Notes under the pieces: model-generated
Databases searched by the model: none
What the model was told of the DNA's origin: nothing
What the model saw: the letters and a program-made list of their open reading frames with translations, nothing else
Origin: Chiloscyllium plagiosum
Lineage: Eukaryota
DNA: 64,000 nt
Reading direction: 5' to 3'
Assembly (NCBI RefSeq): GCF_004010195.1
Contig: NC_057716.1
Location: 82,794,987 to 82,858,986, forward strand
Part shown: positions 25,190 through 37,559 of the stretch, piece after piece
How the letters are laid out: every line of letters begins with the position of its first letter
Numbering within the stretch: the stretch's first letter is position 1
Made by a program: the position numbers and the translations under genes

Positions 25190-26085
25190 TGCACTCAACC
25201 CTTTACTGTACAACATGTACACTCATGGTTGTGTGGCCAAATTTCAGCTGAACTCCATCAATGCCACCATTGCAGCCAATGCTGAGATAGAAAAGAGGAA
25301 AGTAATAAAGTGCTTGGTGACATGGTGGTAAGATAACAATCTCTCTCTCTATGTCAGCAAAACTAAAAGAGCTGCTCATTGACTTCAGGAACTAAGGAGG
25401 AGGGCATGCCCCTATCTACATCAATGGAGCTGAGGTGGTGATGATAGCGAGTGTTGAGTTCCTATGAATGAAGATCACCAACAATCTGTCATGGACCACT
25501 CATGTTGATGCGATGAACAAGAAAGCACAACAACACTGCTTCTTCCTCGAGAGGCTAAGGAAATTCAGTATGTCCATAAGGAACATCACTAACTTTTACA
25601 GATAGAAGCATTCTATCTGGATGCATTGTAGTAACTGCTCTGCCCAGGACCATAAGAAACTACAGAAAATTGCAAACACAGCCCAAACCGTCATGCAAGC
25701 CGATCTTCCATCCATTGACTCAATCCATACTTCTTGATGCCACGCGAAGATAGCCATCAAAGACCCCTCCCACTGCGATTACAATAATCTCTTCCAACCT
25801 CTTCCATGAGGGAGAAGATACAAAAGCTTAAACACACATACTAACAGATTCAAGAACAGCTTCTTCCTCACTGTTATTCGACTTCTGAATGGACCTCAAA
25901 TTTCAAATCTAGTGCTGATCTTACTTTTTGTGCATCTACTTTACAACTGCAACTTTGTATTCCTTGCTCTATTCAATTACCCTATGATTTCTGTATATTA
26001 TGATCTGCCTGTACTGCACACAAAACAAAACATTTCACTGTACTTAGGTACATGTGACAATAATAAATCGAATCAGAAATCAATA
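25190..26085 (+). mobile_element. Rex1/Babar-type LINE 3' portion, decayed
   Basis: KKAQQHCFFLERLRKFSMS, IEAFYL/SILSGC-like and RFKNSFF motifs; GTACATGTGACAATAA tail with AATC repeats. Confidence 0.75.
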
Positions 26086-26130
26086 ATAAAAACAAAACAT
26101 CAAACACACACAGAAATGTAAAAAGTAAGT

Positions 26131-26444
26131 TTAGATTAGATTCCCTACAGTATGGAAACAGGCCTTTTGGCCCAACATGTCCACACTGACCCTCTGGAGA
26201 GTAACCTATTCAGACCCATTTCCTTACCCTATATTTACCCCTGACTTGGCAATTTAGCATGGCCAATTCCCCTGACCTGCACATCTTTAGATTGTGGGAG
26301 GAAATCAGAGCACCCGGACGAAACCCACACAGACACGGGGAGGATATGCAAACTCCACGCAGCCAGTTGCCCAAGGTAAAAATAAAAACTGGGTCCCTGG
26401 TACTGTGAGGCAGCACTGCTAATCACTGAGCCACTGTGCCGCCC
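26131..26444 (-). mobile_element. HE1 SINE
   Basis: Minus strand GGGCGGCACAGTGGCTCAGTGATTAGC head, conserved core, (AATCT)n tail. Confidence 0.9.
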
Positions 26445-26489
26445 CAAAAGGAAACAAATATCTGGTACAGGCAAAAATAATAAATGCGA

Positions 26490-26533
26490 GGATTAGAGTT
26501 AGGGTTAGGATTAGGTTTAGGTTTAAGGTTAGG
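26490..26533 (+). repeat. Degenerate interstitial telomere-like hexamer repeat
   Basis: TTAGAG TTAGGG TTAGGA TTAGGT TTAGGT TTAAGG TTAGG. Confidence 0.7.
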
Positions 26534-26669
26534 ATGGGATTTAAAAGTGCTTAGAGTTTTGAGGTGTTCAATTTTTCAACTGTGGCTACAAATGTTTACT
26601 TGTTGACCCATGACCTAAGTAATGGAAATGCCTATAGGGATCTTAGAGTTCTTGTTGAATCTTTCAAAT

Positions 26670-27125
26670 CATGAGATCATGAGAAGTAGGAACAGGAGTA
26701 GGCTACTCTGCCCCTCAAGCATACTCCACCATTCAATAAGATCATGTTTATCCAACATTCCTCACATCCATTTCCCTGCCCTTTTCCTGTAACCCTTGAT
26801 TCCCCTACTGGTCAGAAATCTATCTCAGCCTTATAGGACTGCCCCCATAGCTCTTTATGGCAAGGAGCTCCAAAGACTCTCAATCTTTTGCTGGAAGAAA
26901 TTCCTCCTTAGCTCGGTCTTAAATTAGCACCCTCTTTTCTGGGGACTATGCCCTCTGGTTCTAGAATCTCCCATGACAGAAACATCCTCTCAGTGTTTAA
27001 CCTGTCAAACCCCTTAAGAATCCTAAATGTTTCAATAAGCTATCCTTTCATTCTTCTAAACAGGTCAGTGAGCAGAGTTCCAACCTGTTTAGCTTGCCTA
27101 GCCTTTGCTCCTAAGATAGTCCCAC
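26670..27125 (-). mobile_element. CR1 LINE 3' end
   Basis: Minus strand IETFRILKGFDRL, SRTRGHS and RNFFQ motifs; TACTCCTGTTCCTA tail. Confidence 0.8.
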
Positions 27126-28394
27126 AATACTAGTTGTTTCCACAACTTGCATTTTTGCACAGAATATTGTTTTCAACATGCTGAAGGAAACAGGAAAGAG
27201 GGAGAGAAAAAGAAAGGGAAGTTGAGATGACAATAACAACAGTGAGGAATTGTAGGAGTTGACTTGGAGGGTGTGGGACATTTGTGGCTGAAATGTCTGT
27301 CAGCAGCTAGGACATAAAAACCAGAACTGAACTAATTTAGCTTAACGAAAATGAAGAAGCAATTACTCCACAATATTTTTCTGTACCATATTGTACTGCT
27401 GCAAAGTTTTACTTTTCAGAACCTCCTCTTCACACCAAACAATATATTCTGTAACAGGCCATGTATACATAACGTGAAGCTTTTAGTTTGATCAGATTTT
27501 GCAGCAAACTTGGCCCCACCTCCCCCTCACTTGTGTTTGATTTTAGGATTACTTGAGGCTTTAAAGCAGAGATTGGGATCAGGCTGGTGTAAGCAGCTGA
27601 TAAAATCTCTTCCTGATTTCAAACAAAATTCAAGCTCTTTGTATGTAATAGGCAGGCAATGTATTACTGGTTACTTTTTTTCGCCACTTCATTGTCTACT
27701 GATTACATAGGTGTCTCACACACCATTTCCAGACGGAAAGGGTGAGAAAGTAACCTTTTGCCAAATGTTTGCTAATGCCACTCTGAACAAACTGCTTGTG
27801 TCTAGCCAATATTTGGCACCTCCCAGATAGCCTTGCATGAATGTAAGAATTCACTATATAGGAAAGCACACTTGAGAACCGGTGTCTAACTATTCCCCAG
27901 TGATCAAGACAGACTGCTGTAACAAAATTTCTCCCAGCATAATAACTGACCTGGTATAAATCCAATAATTTGTATTAAAATCAGCTCATATTAACCATAC
28001 AGAAAGGAATCTCTTTAAAATCTAATGCATAAATAAAGCTTCATGTTTCATGTTTCTTAAAACTAAATTCCTTTCTTTCCTTGTTTACTCCACCCTGATG
28101 TTTGTTGCAATGAATCAATTTTTTGCATTGTTTAGTCCATAATAAGCCACTACCTAATACTTCCCGTTTAAAAATGTTCCTAATTCTATTCTTGTGAATC
28201 ACAATTCCCACAACATGATATAAATGCAGCCAGAGATAAATCCAAAATGGAAATGTATGTATATTTTGGTCAAGTCACATTATCACGCTACTATTACATT
28301 TAATTTGAATTATGTGGTATTCATAGCACAGAAACAGACCATTCAGCCCCAAAGCTTCATACTGCTGTTGATGCTTCACATAAGGCAGCTGTGA

Positions 28395-29135
28395 CTAGGC
28401 TGACACTCCTGTAAAGTACTAAAAGAGAGCAGCTTATTGGGGATGCTGCCCTTCAGATAAACTGTTAAACAGAGACTTTGTTTTACCCTTTAAAGTGAAT
28501 GTACATTGCCTCTCAGAACTTTTTTCAAAGATGATCAGGTGAGTTATGCTTAGTCATAGATCATAGAGATGTACAGCATGGAAACAGACCCTTCGGTCCA
28601 ACTCGTCCATGCCGACCAGATATCCCAACTCAATCTAGTCCCACCTGCCAGCACCTTGCCCATATCCCTTCAAATCCTTCCTATAAAAAAAATCCAGATG
28701 CCTCTTAAATGTTGCAATTGTACTAGCCTCCATCACTTCTTCTGGAAGCTCATTCCATACATGTACCACCCTCTGCATGCAAAAGTTGCCTCTTAGATCT
28801 CTTTTATATCTTTCCCCTCTCACCCTAAACCTATGCCCTCTAGTTCTCACCCCAGGGAAAAGACTTTGTCTATTTATCCTATCTATGTCCTTCATGATTT
28901 TATTAACCTCGATAAGGTCACCCCTCAGCCTCTGACGCTTCAGGGAAAACAGCCCTTGGTCTTCAATAAAAATCACATACTGATTAGCTAGCCATTTTTA
29001 CATGGAATGTGTGTGTAAACTCACTGCCACATTTTCTGCATTTCAACAGTGCCCACATATCAAAGGTTTTTAATTGATAGTAAAATATTTTGAGACTTCC
29101 TGAATTGTGAAAGGTGCTACATAAACATATGTTTA
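28395..29135 (+). mobile_element. Deu-domain SINE relic (SacSINE1/AmnSINE1-like) split by a CR1
   Basis: GATGCTGCCCTTCAGATAAACTGTTAAAC..GAG Deu-like block before the CR1; CTGAATTGTGAAAGGTGCTACATAAA L2-like tail after it. Confidence 0.5.
28552..28957 (-). mobile_element. CR1/HER1 LINE 3' end
   Basis: ORF 28635-28976: GLFSLKRQRLRGDLIEV...RGHRFRVRGERYKRDLRGNF; (CTATGA)n tail. Confidence 0.9.
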
Positions 29136-29756
29136 TATCTTACTGTAAAACTCTTTCTACATTCTGACAAATACATAAAAGAGAAATAATTGAAAGATTA
29201 AATTGATAGAGTTAGATCACTAAGATTAGAAAGAATTGGCCCTGCAGGATGACATGGCTCACTTGGGTAGAATAGTCTGTTTCTCCTTTATAAAGATAAT
29301 GAAAGTCTGAGCAAAAGCATCAAAAAGTGAAACGTTAGACTGAATGGACAATTGTTGATTGGATCCTCTTTTTACAAGGTGCCAGAATGTAAGGTCTAAA
29401 TTTCCCATACATAAGACTCGTGAATCTAAATTGTCAAACTGAAAAAGAAATATAAAAAGGAAGAAAATAAAATAGCATATCAACTTGGTAGTTTGAGAAT
29501 CACTGGTTATCTTCCATTCTCCATCCATTACTGTTTCTTTTCTTTCTTTAAAGGTTGCAGTTCCTCCTCAATCCACTATCTAACTCCGTTCTCTGTCAAA
29601 ACAATATTCTTTCTTCATTGAATTAATTTCTATCAAATATGGTTTTCAATTAGTTCAAACTTGGGGGCATTTGCATGATCAATTTCCTACTATACTTATG
29701 TTGCAGTTACTGTAGCAATACAGGTTAAATCCAGAGTATAGATCTATCAAAGTTGT

Positions 29757-29993
29757 GAGGTGGAGGTGCCGGTGTTGGACTGGGGTAGACAAAGTTAACA
29801 ATCACAGGACTGGGGTGGACAAAGTTAACAATCATACAATACCAGGCTATAGTCCAAAAGATTTATTTGGAAGTACAAGCTTTCAGAGCACTGATCCTTT
29901 GAAGGAGCTGATGAAGGAGCAGAGCTCTGAAAGCTTGTACTTTCAAATAAACCTGTTGAACTATCGCCTGGTGTTGTGCGATTTTTAACTCCG
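29757..29993. mobile_element. PLE family B head-to-head palindromic insertion with an internal 30-bp duplication
   Basis: 10-bp TSD TCAAAGTTGT at 29747-29756 and 29994-30003; GGACTGGGGT.GACAAAGTTAACAATCA occurs twice; CTGATGAAGGAGCAGAGCTCTGAAAGCTT at about 29908-29936. Confidence 0.85.
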
Positions 29994-30147
29994 TCAAAGT
30001 TGTCAGTCATTGTTCACTGGTAGCACACTGAATAAGAAGGTTACGGATTTAATCTGACACTGGGCTGATATTAATAAAGGAGCACCCTTTGGATGGAATG
30101 TCAAATCAAACTTTCTCAACTGGATATAAAATATTCCACAACCACAA

Positions 30148-31137
30148 AGATCGGTACTGGGTCCACTGTTTTTCGTTATTCATACTAATAATTTGGATGT
30201 GAACACAAGAGTTAGTAAGTAGTTAGTTAGTAATAAGTTAGTAAGTGTGCAGATGATACCAAAATTGGAGGTGTAGTGGACAGCGAAGAAAGTTACCTCA
30301 GAGTACAATAGGATCTTGATCAGATGAGCCAATGGGCTGAGGAGTAGCTGATGGAGTTTAATGTAGATAAATGCGACGTGCTGCATTTTGGAAAGGCAAA
30401 TCAGGGCATGACGTGCATATCTAATGGCAAGGTGCTTGGAGAATGTTGCTGAACCTTGGAGTGCAGGTTCATAGTTCCTTGAAAGTGGGGTCCCAAGTAG
30501 ATAGGATAGTGAATCTTTCCTTTATTGGTCAGAGTATTGCGTATAGGAGTTGGGAGGTCATGTTGCATGTACAGACCATTGGTTCGGCCAATATTTTGGA
30601 ATATTGTGTGCAATTCTGGTCTCCTTCTACGGAAGGATATTGTGAAACAAGAAAGGGTTCAAAAAAGATTTACGAGGATGTTGTCAGAGTTGGAGGGTTT
30701 GAGTTGTAGGGACAGGCTGAATAGGATGGGGCTGTTTTCTCTGGAGTGTCGGTGGCTGAGGGGTGACCTTAGACAGTTTTATAAAATCATGAGAGACATG
30801 GATAGCGTAAATAGAAAAGGTCTGTTCCCTGGATTGGAAGAGTCCAGAACTAGAGGGTATAGGTTTAGAGTGAGAGGAGAATGATTTAAAAGGAACCTAA
30901 GGGGCAATGTTTTCACACAGAGGGTGGTGCGTGTATGGAATGAGCTGTCAGAGGAAGTGGTGGAGGCTAGTACAATTGCAACATTTAAAAGGTATCTGGA
31001 TGGGTACATGAATAGGAAGGGTGTAGAGGGATATGGGCCAAATGTTGGCAAATGGGACTAGATTAATTTAGGATCAGCATCGACAAATTGGACTGAAGTT
31101 CTGTTTCAATGCTGTACATCTCTATGGCTTTATGACT
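30148..31137 (+). mobile_element. CR1/HER1 LINE, RT C-terminal half and 3'UTR, frameshifted
   Basis: SVLGPL, CADDTKIGG, LEYCVQFWSP and GLFSLE motifs plus typical 3'UTR. Confidence 0.9.
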
Positions 31138-31529
31138 TAATTACAATGGCACTATCACTGATGTTCTACTTAACATTTTAAAAATTCTTTTATAGCATAT
31201 CAGCATGTATTGTCCATCCCAAACTGACCTCAAGAACTTTGTAGTTGTTGTGCCAAGTCTTATGGCACATCAATTTGTCTTTAAGAGATATCCTCTTCCC
31301 TTATTTTCACTGTACCATAGAAAGTCAGTTGAGGGTATATTGATCTCAGATGCCATCTTGAAACTGTGGATTACTTGAAACTTGACATGTTATGAAAAGC
31401 ATATCCTTCTCCTGCAACTAAATAACATAATAAAGATACTTGGAGAGAAGCAAACCCCACATACATGGTGAGCTTGAGACGTTCCAGTCCATATGGGACA
31501 AGTCTACCAAGACAGCAGTCTGGGACGGC

Positions 31530-31800
31530 GCTTCAGAATTTTGACTGATTGACTGTGAAGGAACAGTGATAAAGTTCCAAGTCAGGATGGTATGTGACTT
31601 GGAGGGAACCTGCAGCTGGGAGTGCCCTTACCTGTCCAAATGGTAGAGATTGTGGGTTTTGAAGGTGTGGTCAAAACAACATTGATGATTTGCAGCTTTG
31701 GAACTTGTAGATTGTACGCATTTCTGCCACTGTACAACACTGATGGCAGGAGTAAGTATTGAAGGTGGTGGATAGTGAAGGTAGTGGAATTTCCCTTTTA
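31530..31800 (-). mobile_element. Old CR1/L2-type LINE fragment
   Basis: Reverse complement resembles 13840-13930 (TTCCCTCCAAGTCACA..CCATCCTGACTTGGAA). Confidence 0.55.
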
Positions 31801-32528
31801 TATCAAATAACAGTTCTTTTGGAACTGAAAGCAACATTGGCTGACAGAATGGCATGCTGGGAAAACTGGCCAACTGAACAGCATGTTGGGAGTTGAATCA
31901 GGCCAGAGAGATAGGTATGCAAATCAGTTATCTTTGATTGATTATATTGAATAGGTGTTAATGAGACAGTGGAACTGAGATGTTAAACCAGGAAGCTTGC
32001 AACAGTCACTGACAAATTGAATCAAACCAATCAGATATGTGAGCCATTCACGTGATTAACTATTGAATAGGTTGCTGATGAGACAATGCTGCAAGGTTTC
32101 AGGTGGAACAATAGGTCTGCGTTTCAGTAGAACTGTTTTTGAGACAGCTCGGCTCCTAGGGTCAGCTCAATCAATCGGGCAAATTACAATATCCAATACT
32201 ATCTTTTGTAACTCCCTTCCTGGGATAGAAACTCAATTCAAATTATGCTAATTACTTTGTCACATCAAGCTACTGCTAAACCACTGTACTTGGAAATTAC
32301 CTGGATAACTAATTAAACGAAGCCACTCAAACCAGAGGGGTCGCACACACACTCCAGAGAACATCAGGAACAAGAAGCAGGAAGCTTGGGAGCAAGATTG
32401 ACAGCCTCAACGCCAGTTTGACCAGCTGTAGTCAGGGTAGTAGAAGCTTTTAATATATTGCAATCCCAAAACTGATTTTAAACTAAAGTGGGCATAGACA
32501 TTTGAGAACAGTATGGTTACTCGGGATA

Positions 32529-32732
32529 AAGTTAAAAATCACACACCTGGTTGCAGTCTAACAGGTTTTTTTTGTAAGCACTAGCTTTTGGAGCACTGCT
32601 CCTTCATCAGGTGGTTGTGGTCCTGATGAAGGAACAGCGGTCCAAAAACTAGTGTTTACAAATCAATCTGTTGGATTATAATCTCGCGTTGTGTGTTTGT
32701 CCATCCCAGTCCAATACTGGCACTTCCAAGTC
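32529..32732. mobile_element. PLE family B head-to-head palindromic insertion
   Basis: TSD ATGGTTACTCG(G/C)GATA at 32513-32528 and 32733-32748; CTGATGAAGGA on both strands around 32610-32625. Confidence 0.85.
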
Positions 32733-33048
32733 ATGGTTACTCGCGATATTAGAGGAAAAGATGGATTTTGTAAAGTTGTGTATATGTAGTGTTTTCAGTG
32801 ATAATAAACCATATCTCAGGTAAACCACATCACATATTAGTGAGAAATGAGTCCCATAAAACACCAAACCCTGTATATTATTGGTCACCATTGCATAAGA
32901 GGAGTAATCAATTTTTCTGACAATTATACAATAGGGTTCCTAGCAACTGGGCTGCATTGTCTTTAATTCTGTCGAGCTTCTTGAGTATTGTTGGAGCTAC
33001 TCTCATCCAGGTAAGTGAAGAGTATTCCATCACACTCTGACTTGTGTT

Positions 33049-33561
33049 ATGTTAATGACGAATACCCTTGCCAACATTTATAGGTACACCATTGAGAGCA
33101 TTCTATCTGGATGTATCACTACTTGGTATGGCAAATGTACCATTCAAGATCGGAGATGGTTACAGAGAGTGGTGAACTCGGCCCGGACAATCAGAGAGGC
33201 CAATCTCCCATCTATAGAATCCATCTACCAGGCTCGCTGTCAAGGAAAGGCTGCCAGCATTCTCAAAGATCCATCCCACCCTGGCAATGTTTTTCTACAA
33301 CCTCTACCATCGGGAGGAAGGTACAGAAGCCTGAACACATGCACCAGCCGGTTTTGAAATAGTTTCTACCCTACTGTTATTAAAATACTGAATGGACTCA
33401 CGAACTATTAATATTCGCCTGTACCTGTGTTTTTGTTTTTGCTGCTGTTTACCTATTATTTACTTATCTATGCTACTTAACTCTGTGACTTCCTGTATTG
33501 CTCACGAGACAAAGCTTTTCACTGTGCCTAGGTACACATGATAATAAATTCAATTCAATTC
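33049..33561 (+). mobile_element. Rex1/Babar-type LINE 3' end
   Basis: ORF 33049-33357: TLANIYRYTIESILSGCITTWYG...ILKDPSHPG...LPSGGRYRSL; (AATTC)n tail. Confidence 0.85.
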
Positions 33562-33569
33562 ATCTACTC

Positions 33570-33990
33570 ATAACCCTATTATCACCTATCTAGCTTCTCA
33601 TCTTCCCTTGTTTACTATCAACAATCCATTTGTCTGCCTAATTTCTTTTCTGTCACCCAAGTCTGTCTCCACCTATTCACTTATATTTTTTCTTCCCAAA
33701 TTCCTTGTCACCAACACAAATGGCACCTTTTCTGAGCTGCTGTCAGTTCAGCAGAAGGGTCACTGGACTCGAAAGTTAATTCTTCTTTTCTCTTAGGCAA
33801 AAGTGAGGACTGCAGATGCTGGAAACCAGAGTTTAGTTCAGAGTGGTGCTGGAAAAGCCCTTCATTTGCCCAAAACGTCGATTTTCCTGCTCCTCGGATG
33901 CTGCCTGACCTGCTGTGCTTTTCCAGCACCACTCTAATCTAAACTCTTCTTTTCTCTTCATAGATGCTGCCAGACCTGCTGGATTTTTTG
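33570..33990 (+). mobile_element. Old PLE family C pLTR containing a nested family A insertion
   Basis: AAGGGTCACTGGACTCGAAAGTTAA...TAGATGCTGCCAGACCTGCTG, split by the 33795-33944 insertion. Confidence 0.65.
33795..33944. mobile_element. PLE family A head-to-head insertion
   Basis: 14-bp TSD TCTTCTTTTCTCTT at 33781-33794 and 33945-33958; inverted AGAGTGGTGCTGGAAAAGC / GCTTTTCCAGCACCACTCT. Confidence 0.9.
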
Positions 33991-34162
33991 ATTGCACTTC
34001 TGAAGTACTTTTTTGAACTCATGGGATGTGGATGTCGCTGGCCAGCCAGTATTTATTGTCCATCCCTCATTCCCCTTGAGAAGGAAACTAGGAACAAGCA
34101 ATAAATGCTTGCCACATAGTGTCCCATGAAGGAATAAGAAAAAACTACTTCAGAAGTAGCTT

Positions 34163-34586
34163 GGGGCAGCATGGTGGCTCAGTGGTTAGCACTGCTGCCT
34201 TACAGCACCAGGGTTCCAGGTTTGATTCCAGCCTTGATGACTCTCTGTGTGGAGAAAGTGAGGTCTGCAGATGCTGGAGATCAAAGTTGAAACTTTATTG
34301 CTGGAACAGCACAGCAGGTCAGGCAGCATCTAGTGTCGTGGATGAACTGTTCAACCTCCTCGTGGGAGCAGACTCTCTGACTCTCTGTGTGGGTTTCCTT
34401 CTGGTGCTCCGGTTTCCTCCCATAATCTGAAGTTGTGTAGGTCAGGTGAATTGGCCATGCTAAATTGCCCATAGTGTTAGGTGCATTAGCAGAGGGAAGT
34501 GGGTCTGGGTGGGTTACTCTTTCGAGGGTTGGTGTGGACTTGTTGGGCCAAAGGGCCTGTTCCACACTGTAGGTTATCTAATCTAA
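34163..34586 (+). mobile_element. HE1 SINE interrupted by a PLE-derived insertion
   Basis: GGGCAGCATGGTGGCTCAGTGGTTAGC head, GGCCATGCTAAATTGCCC core, ATCTAATCTAA tail. Confidence 0.9.
34253..34377 (-). mobile_element. PLE family A chimeric insertion (pLTR tail joined to an internal RT fragment)
   Basis: TGACTCTCTGTGTGG at 34238-34252 and 34378-34392; minus strand CSHEEVEQFI matches the RT segment at 45840-45870. Confidence 0.75.
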
Positions 34587-36589
34587 AGTGCAATTGTAGT
34601 TTAAAAACAGGAACCAATTTTCTTATAGCAAGGTCCCTAAACTATACTGGGAGAACAAAAATTGAATGATCATTAGCTGTAACATCCTTTGGGATCTCCC
34701 AAGGTCATAAAACTGACATACAAATGCAAGATTTTCCCTTGCAATGAGCCAATTATTTTTCCTATATTGGGTTAGTTTAATAAAAATTATTCTTGTCTAT
34801 CAGATTCTTCATGTTATTTCAGGCCCCAGAATTAACAATTTTGCAATCAGTTTGGTCACATAACCTTGCGAGATTCTTGCCAAATACACCAGAATTATTT
34901 GACTTCGCTGTTCATCTGCAGTAACAAATAAATTCACACAAAGGCTATATCAATTATGCCAGTGATAACAATAGAGGTAAGGCAAATAGAATACTATTAT
35001 GCGATTAATAAAATATTAATCAATTATGCATGTTTTCAATGACTAATTAATGAAAAGTCATTGCTTTCCAGCTACGAACATGCCATTAATGCTGTTCACT
35101 TGTCCTTGTACACTTGTCTTTTCCTGTAATTTCCTTAATAACTTTGAATTGCTACCCATTATTTAGAAAAATAAGATCACTCTTTGATTTAACTTAGTCA
35201 AGTCCTACTCAGAGGATGTGATTGTATTAAGAAAAGGAATTACAGATTTTCAAATGAGGCTTGAAAAGTATTGAGCTGTGGAGTCCATTTTCTGTGTACT
35301 ACTCTGTGTAACAGCTTGTTAAGTCCAGGATTGTCTTGGAAACTTACCCTTGGGCATTTAATGCAAAACAAATTCTGCACTAAGTTTGGTGTCTCATTGT
35401 TATTTTTAACATACTTGAGACAAAGATAATTGTTTCCAATATCTATGACTATTGTGTGAAATGCTTTTGTTGCAGCATCGTCATTTTGCAGCAACATCCA
35501 GGAATTAAATCTGACATTGAATGATATTCAAGACATTTGCAGCCTGTGCCAGTGTCTGCTTGGAAGCTTTGTACTTTCCTTCTTCTAAGCCAACATTTTA
35601 TCACCATCTTTCTCTGTTCCTTAGCAATGATCTGCCTATGCAGCATATTTTCCCAAGACGCCAATAAAATGCCCGCCATTTCTCCTTGAAGTTGGTTTCC
35701 ATTCTTTTGGGAAAATGGTCTGGAATCTCACCAACATACTGACCTTTTATTGTCAATTTTAACATCATGACAACTCATTGATTGTGCTTGTGATAATGCT
35801 CTTATGTTGTTATAACTTCTTTGGTTCCATGTTGCTTCCTTCCTTGGGAGTGATCTATTCCAGCTTCAGTGTTAAATACTTTCTCAACTTAGTATTTTAA
35901 TTGTTTCCTTAATTAATTTGGACATCTAATTGTACTGAAAATAACAGAAACATTTTTAAAAAACTCATGTAGAGAAAAAGAGATAAACCAATTAAAAATA
36001 GAATGTTGTAATGTGTAGAGTGATGGAATAGTGTGAAAGGAGTTAGTAAAGAAACATTTGGAAGCAACAAAATGAACAAATCAGAGAAGAATTCAGGAAG
36101 AAGAACATTTGGGAGAATTAATGAAATTCAGAATTGGATTACAATTAAAGACAATGTTTAAAATAAAATCTTTAATGGGATGCAGTATTGTTGACCAGTC
36201 TAACATTTGCTACCCTTCCAAATTGGAGGTTTGGATGAATTTTGGCCTCAATAATGGTTTAGTACCTAAAACGATTAATACAACCTGCCTCTCTATCCAA
36301 ATTAGACTTAATATTATCACAATACTTGTATACTGGAATTTGTCCTGTGCATCTGCATGATGTGGGATTTAAAGTCTAGCTGTAAATCTGCCATATCCAT
36401 CAGGAAGAGTTCATCCTGCCCCTTCATGACCCCCACTGTCCGGATATCTGGACATTGTTCTAATCTATGTTTACTGTGCTGCAGCTGTAATTGGGTTTCT
36501 CTCCTATCTGTTGTAGCCTTTATTCCTCCATTGTAGCCTGTTCTAGTTCATGCATGAATAGTTATTTGACATCCTGATTTCTGTGACAT

Positions 36590-37343
36590 TTTATTTGATT
36601 TGATTTATTGTAGCCACATGTACCTAAGTACAGTGAAATGCTTTGTTTTGCAAACAGCACAGGCAGATCATAGCAAATAAGGACATAGAGTTCCAAGTGT
36701 GCTGAGACACAGTGAGGCATACAGCGTTGCGGTTGTACAGAAGGTGCACAAAGGAAGATCAACATTAGCAAGATCAAGCTGGAAAATCTCAGCAGGCCTG
36801 GCAGTATCTGTAAGGAGAGAAAAGAGCTGACGTTTCAAGTCTAACTGACCCTTTGTCCAGCTTAGACAAAGGGTCAGTTAGACTCAAAATGTCAGCTCTT
36901 TTCTCTCCTTACAGATATTGCCAGACCTGCTGAGATTTTTCAGCATTTTCTCTTTTGGTTTCAGATTCCAGCATCCGCAGTAACTTGCTTTTAACAGCAA
37001 GATCAACATTACTTGAAATTAGACGGGTCCATTCAGCTGTCTAATAACAGCAGGGAAGCAACTGTTCTTGAACCTGTTGGTGTATGTGTTCAAGCTTCTA
37101 TATCTTTTGCCTGACAGAAGAGGTTAGAAGAGAGCATTACTGGGGTGGAAGGGATCTTAGATGATGTGGGCTGCCTTTCTGTGGCAACATGAAGTATAAA
37201 TGGAGTCCATGGATGGGAGGTTGGCTTCTGTGATGGTCTGGGCTGTGCACACAACTCTGTAGTTTTTTTTACGGTCCTGGGCAGACCAGTTGCTATCCCA
37301 GGCTGTTATGCACACAGATAGTATGCTTTCTATGGTCCAATAC
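36590..37343 (-). mobile_element. Rex1/Babar-type LINE 3' end
   Basis: ORF 37157-37345: TIESILSVCITAW...ANLPSMDSIYTS; (AAATC)n tail at about 36590. Confidence 0.85.
36778..36995. mobile_element. PLE family C-like head-to-head palindrome
   Basis: 11-bp TSD AGCAAGATCAA at 36767-36777 and 36996-37006; ~80-bp near-perfect arms around a 7-nt loop, plus a right-hand tail. Confidence 0.9.
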
Positions 37344-37559
37344 ATTTTCTGAAAGTGACCAAGTCTTATACAGATAAAACTTTCTTTTTTAATAGCTAGG
37401 CACTGCTTGTGCCTATATAATATCCTTTCTGCATAGCACTGATAATGACTGGCAGTACCTCATCTCTGGCCTACTCACTGTACTGGTTTCTCTCATGTTT
37501 ATTCAGAATTTTTTTAATCTTAAGAACTGAATTAATTCACTGATCTCCCATGATAAAGT

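Noticed and set aside
30209-30245. AGTT/AGTA stutter inside the CR1 RT
   Set aside because: Ordinary replication slippage in a dead element
32085-32130. CTGATGAG as a possible stand-alone hammerhead (also at 38152)
   Set aside because: No correctly placed GAAA or paired stems
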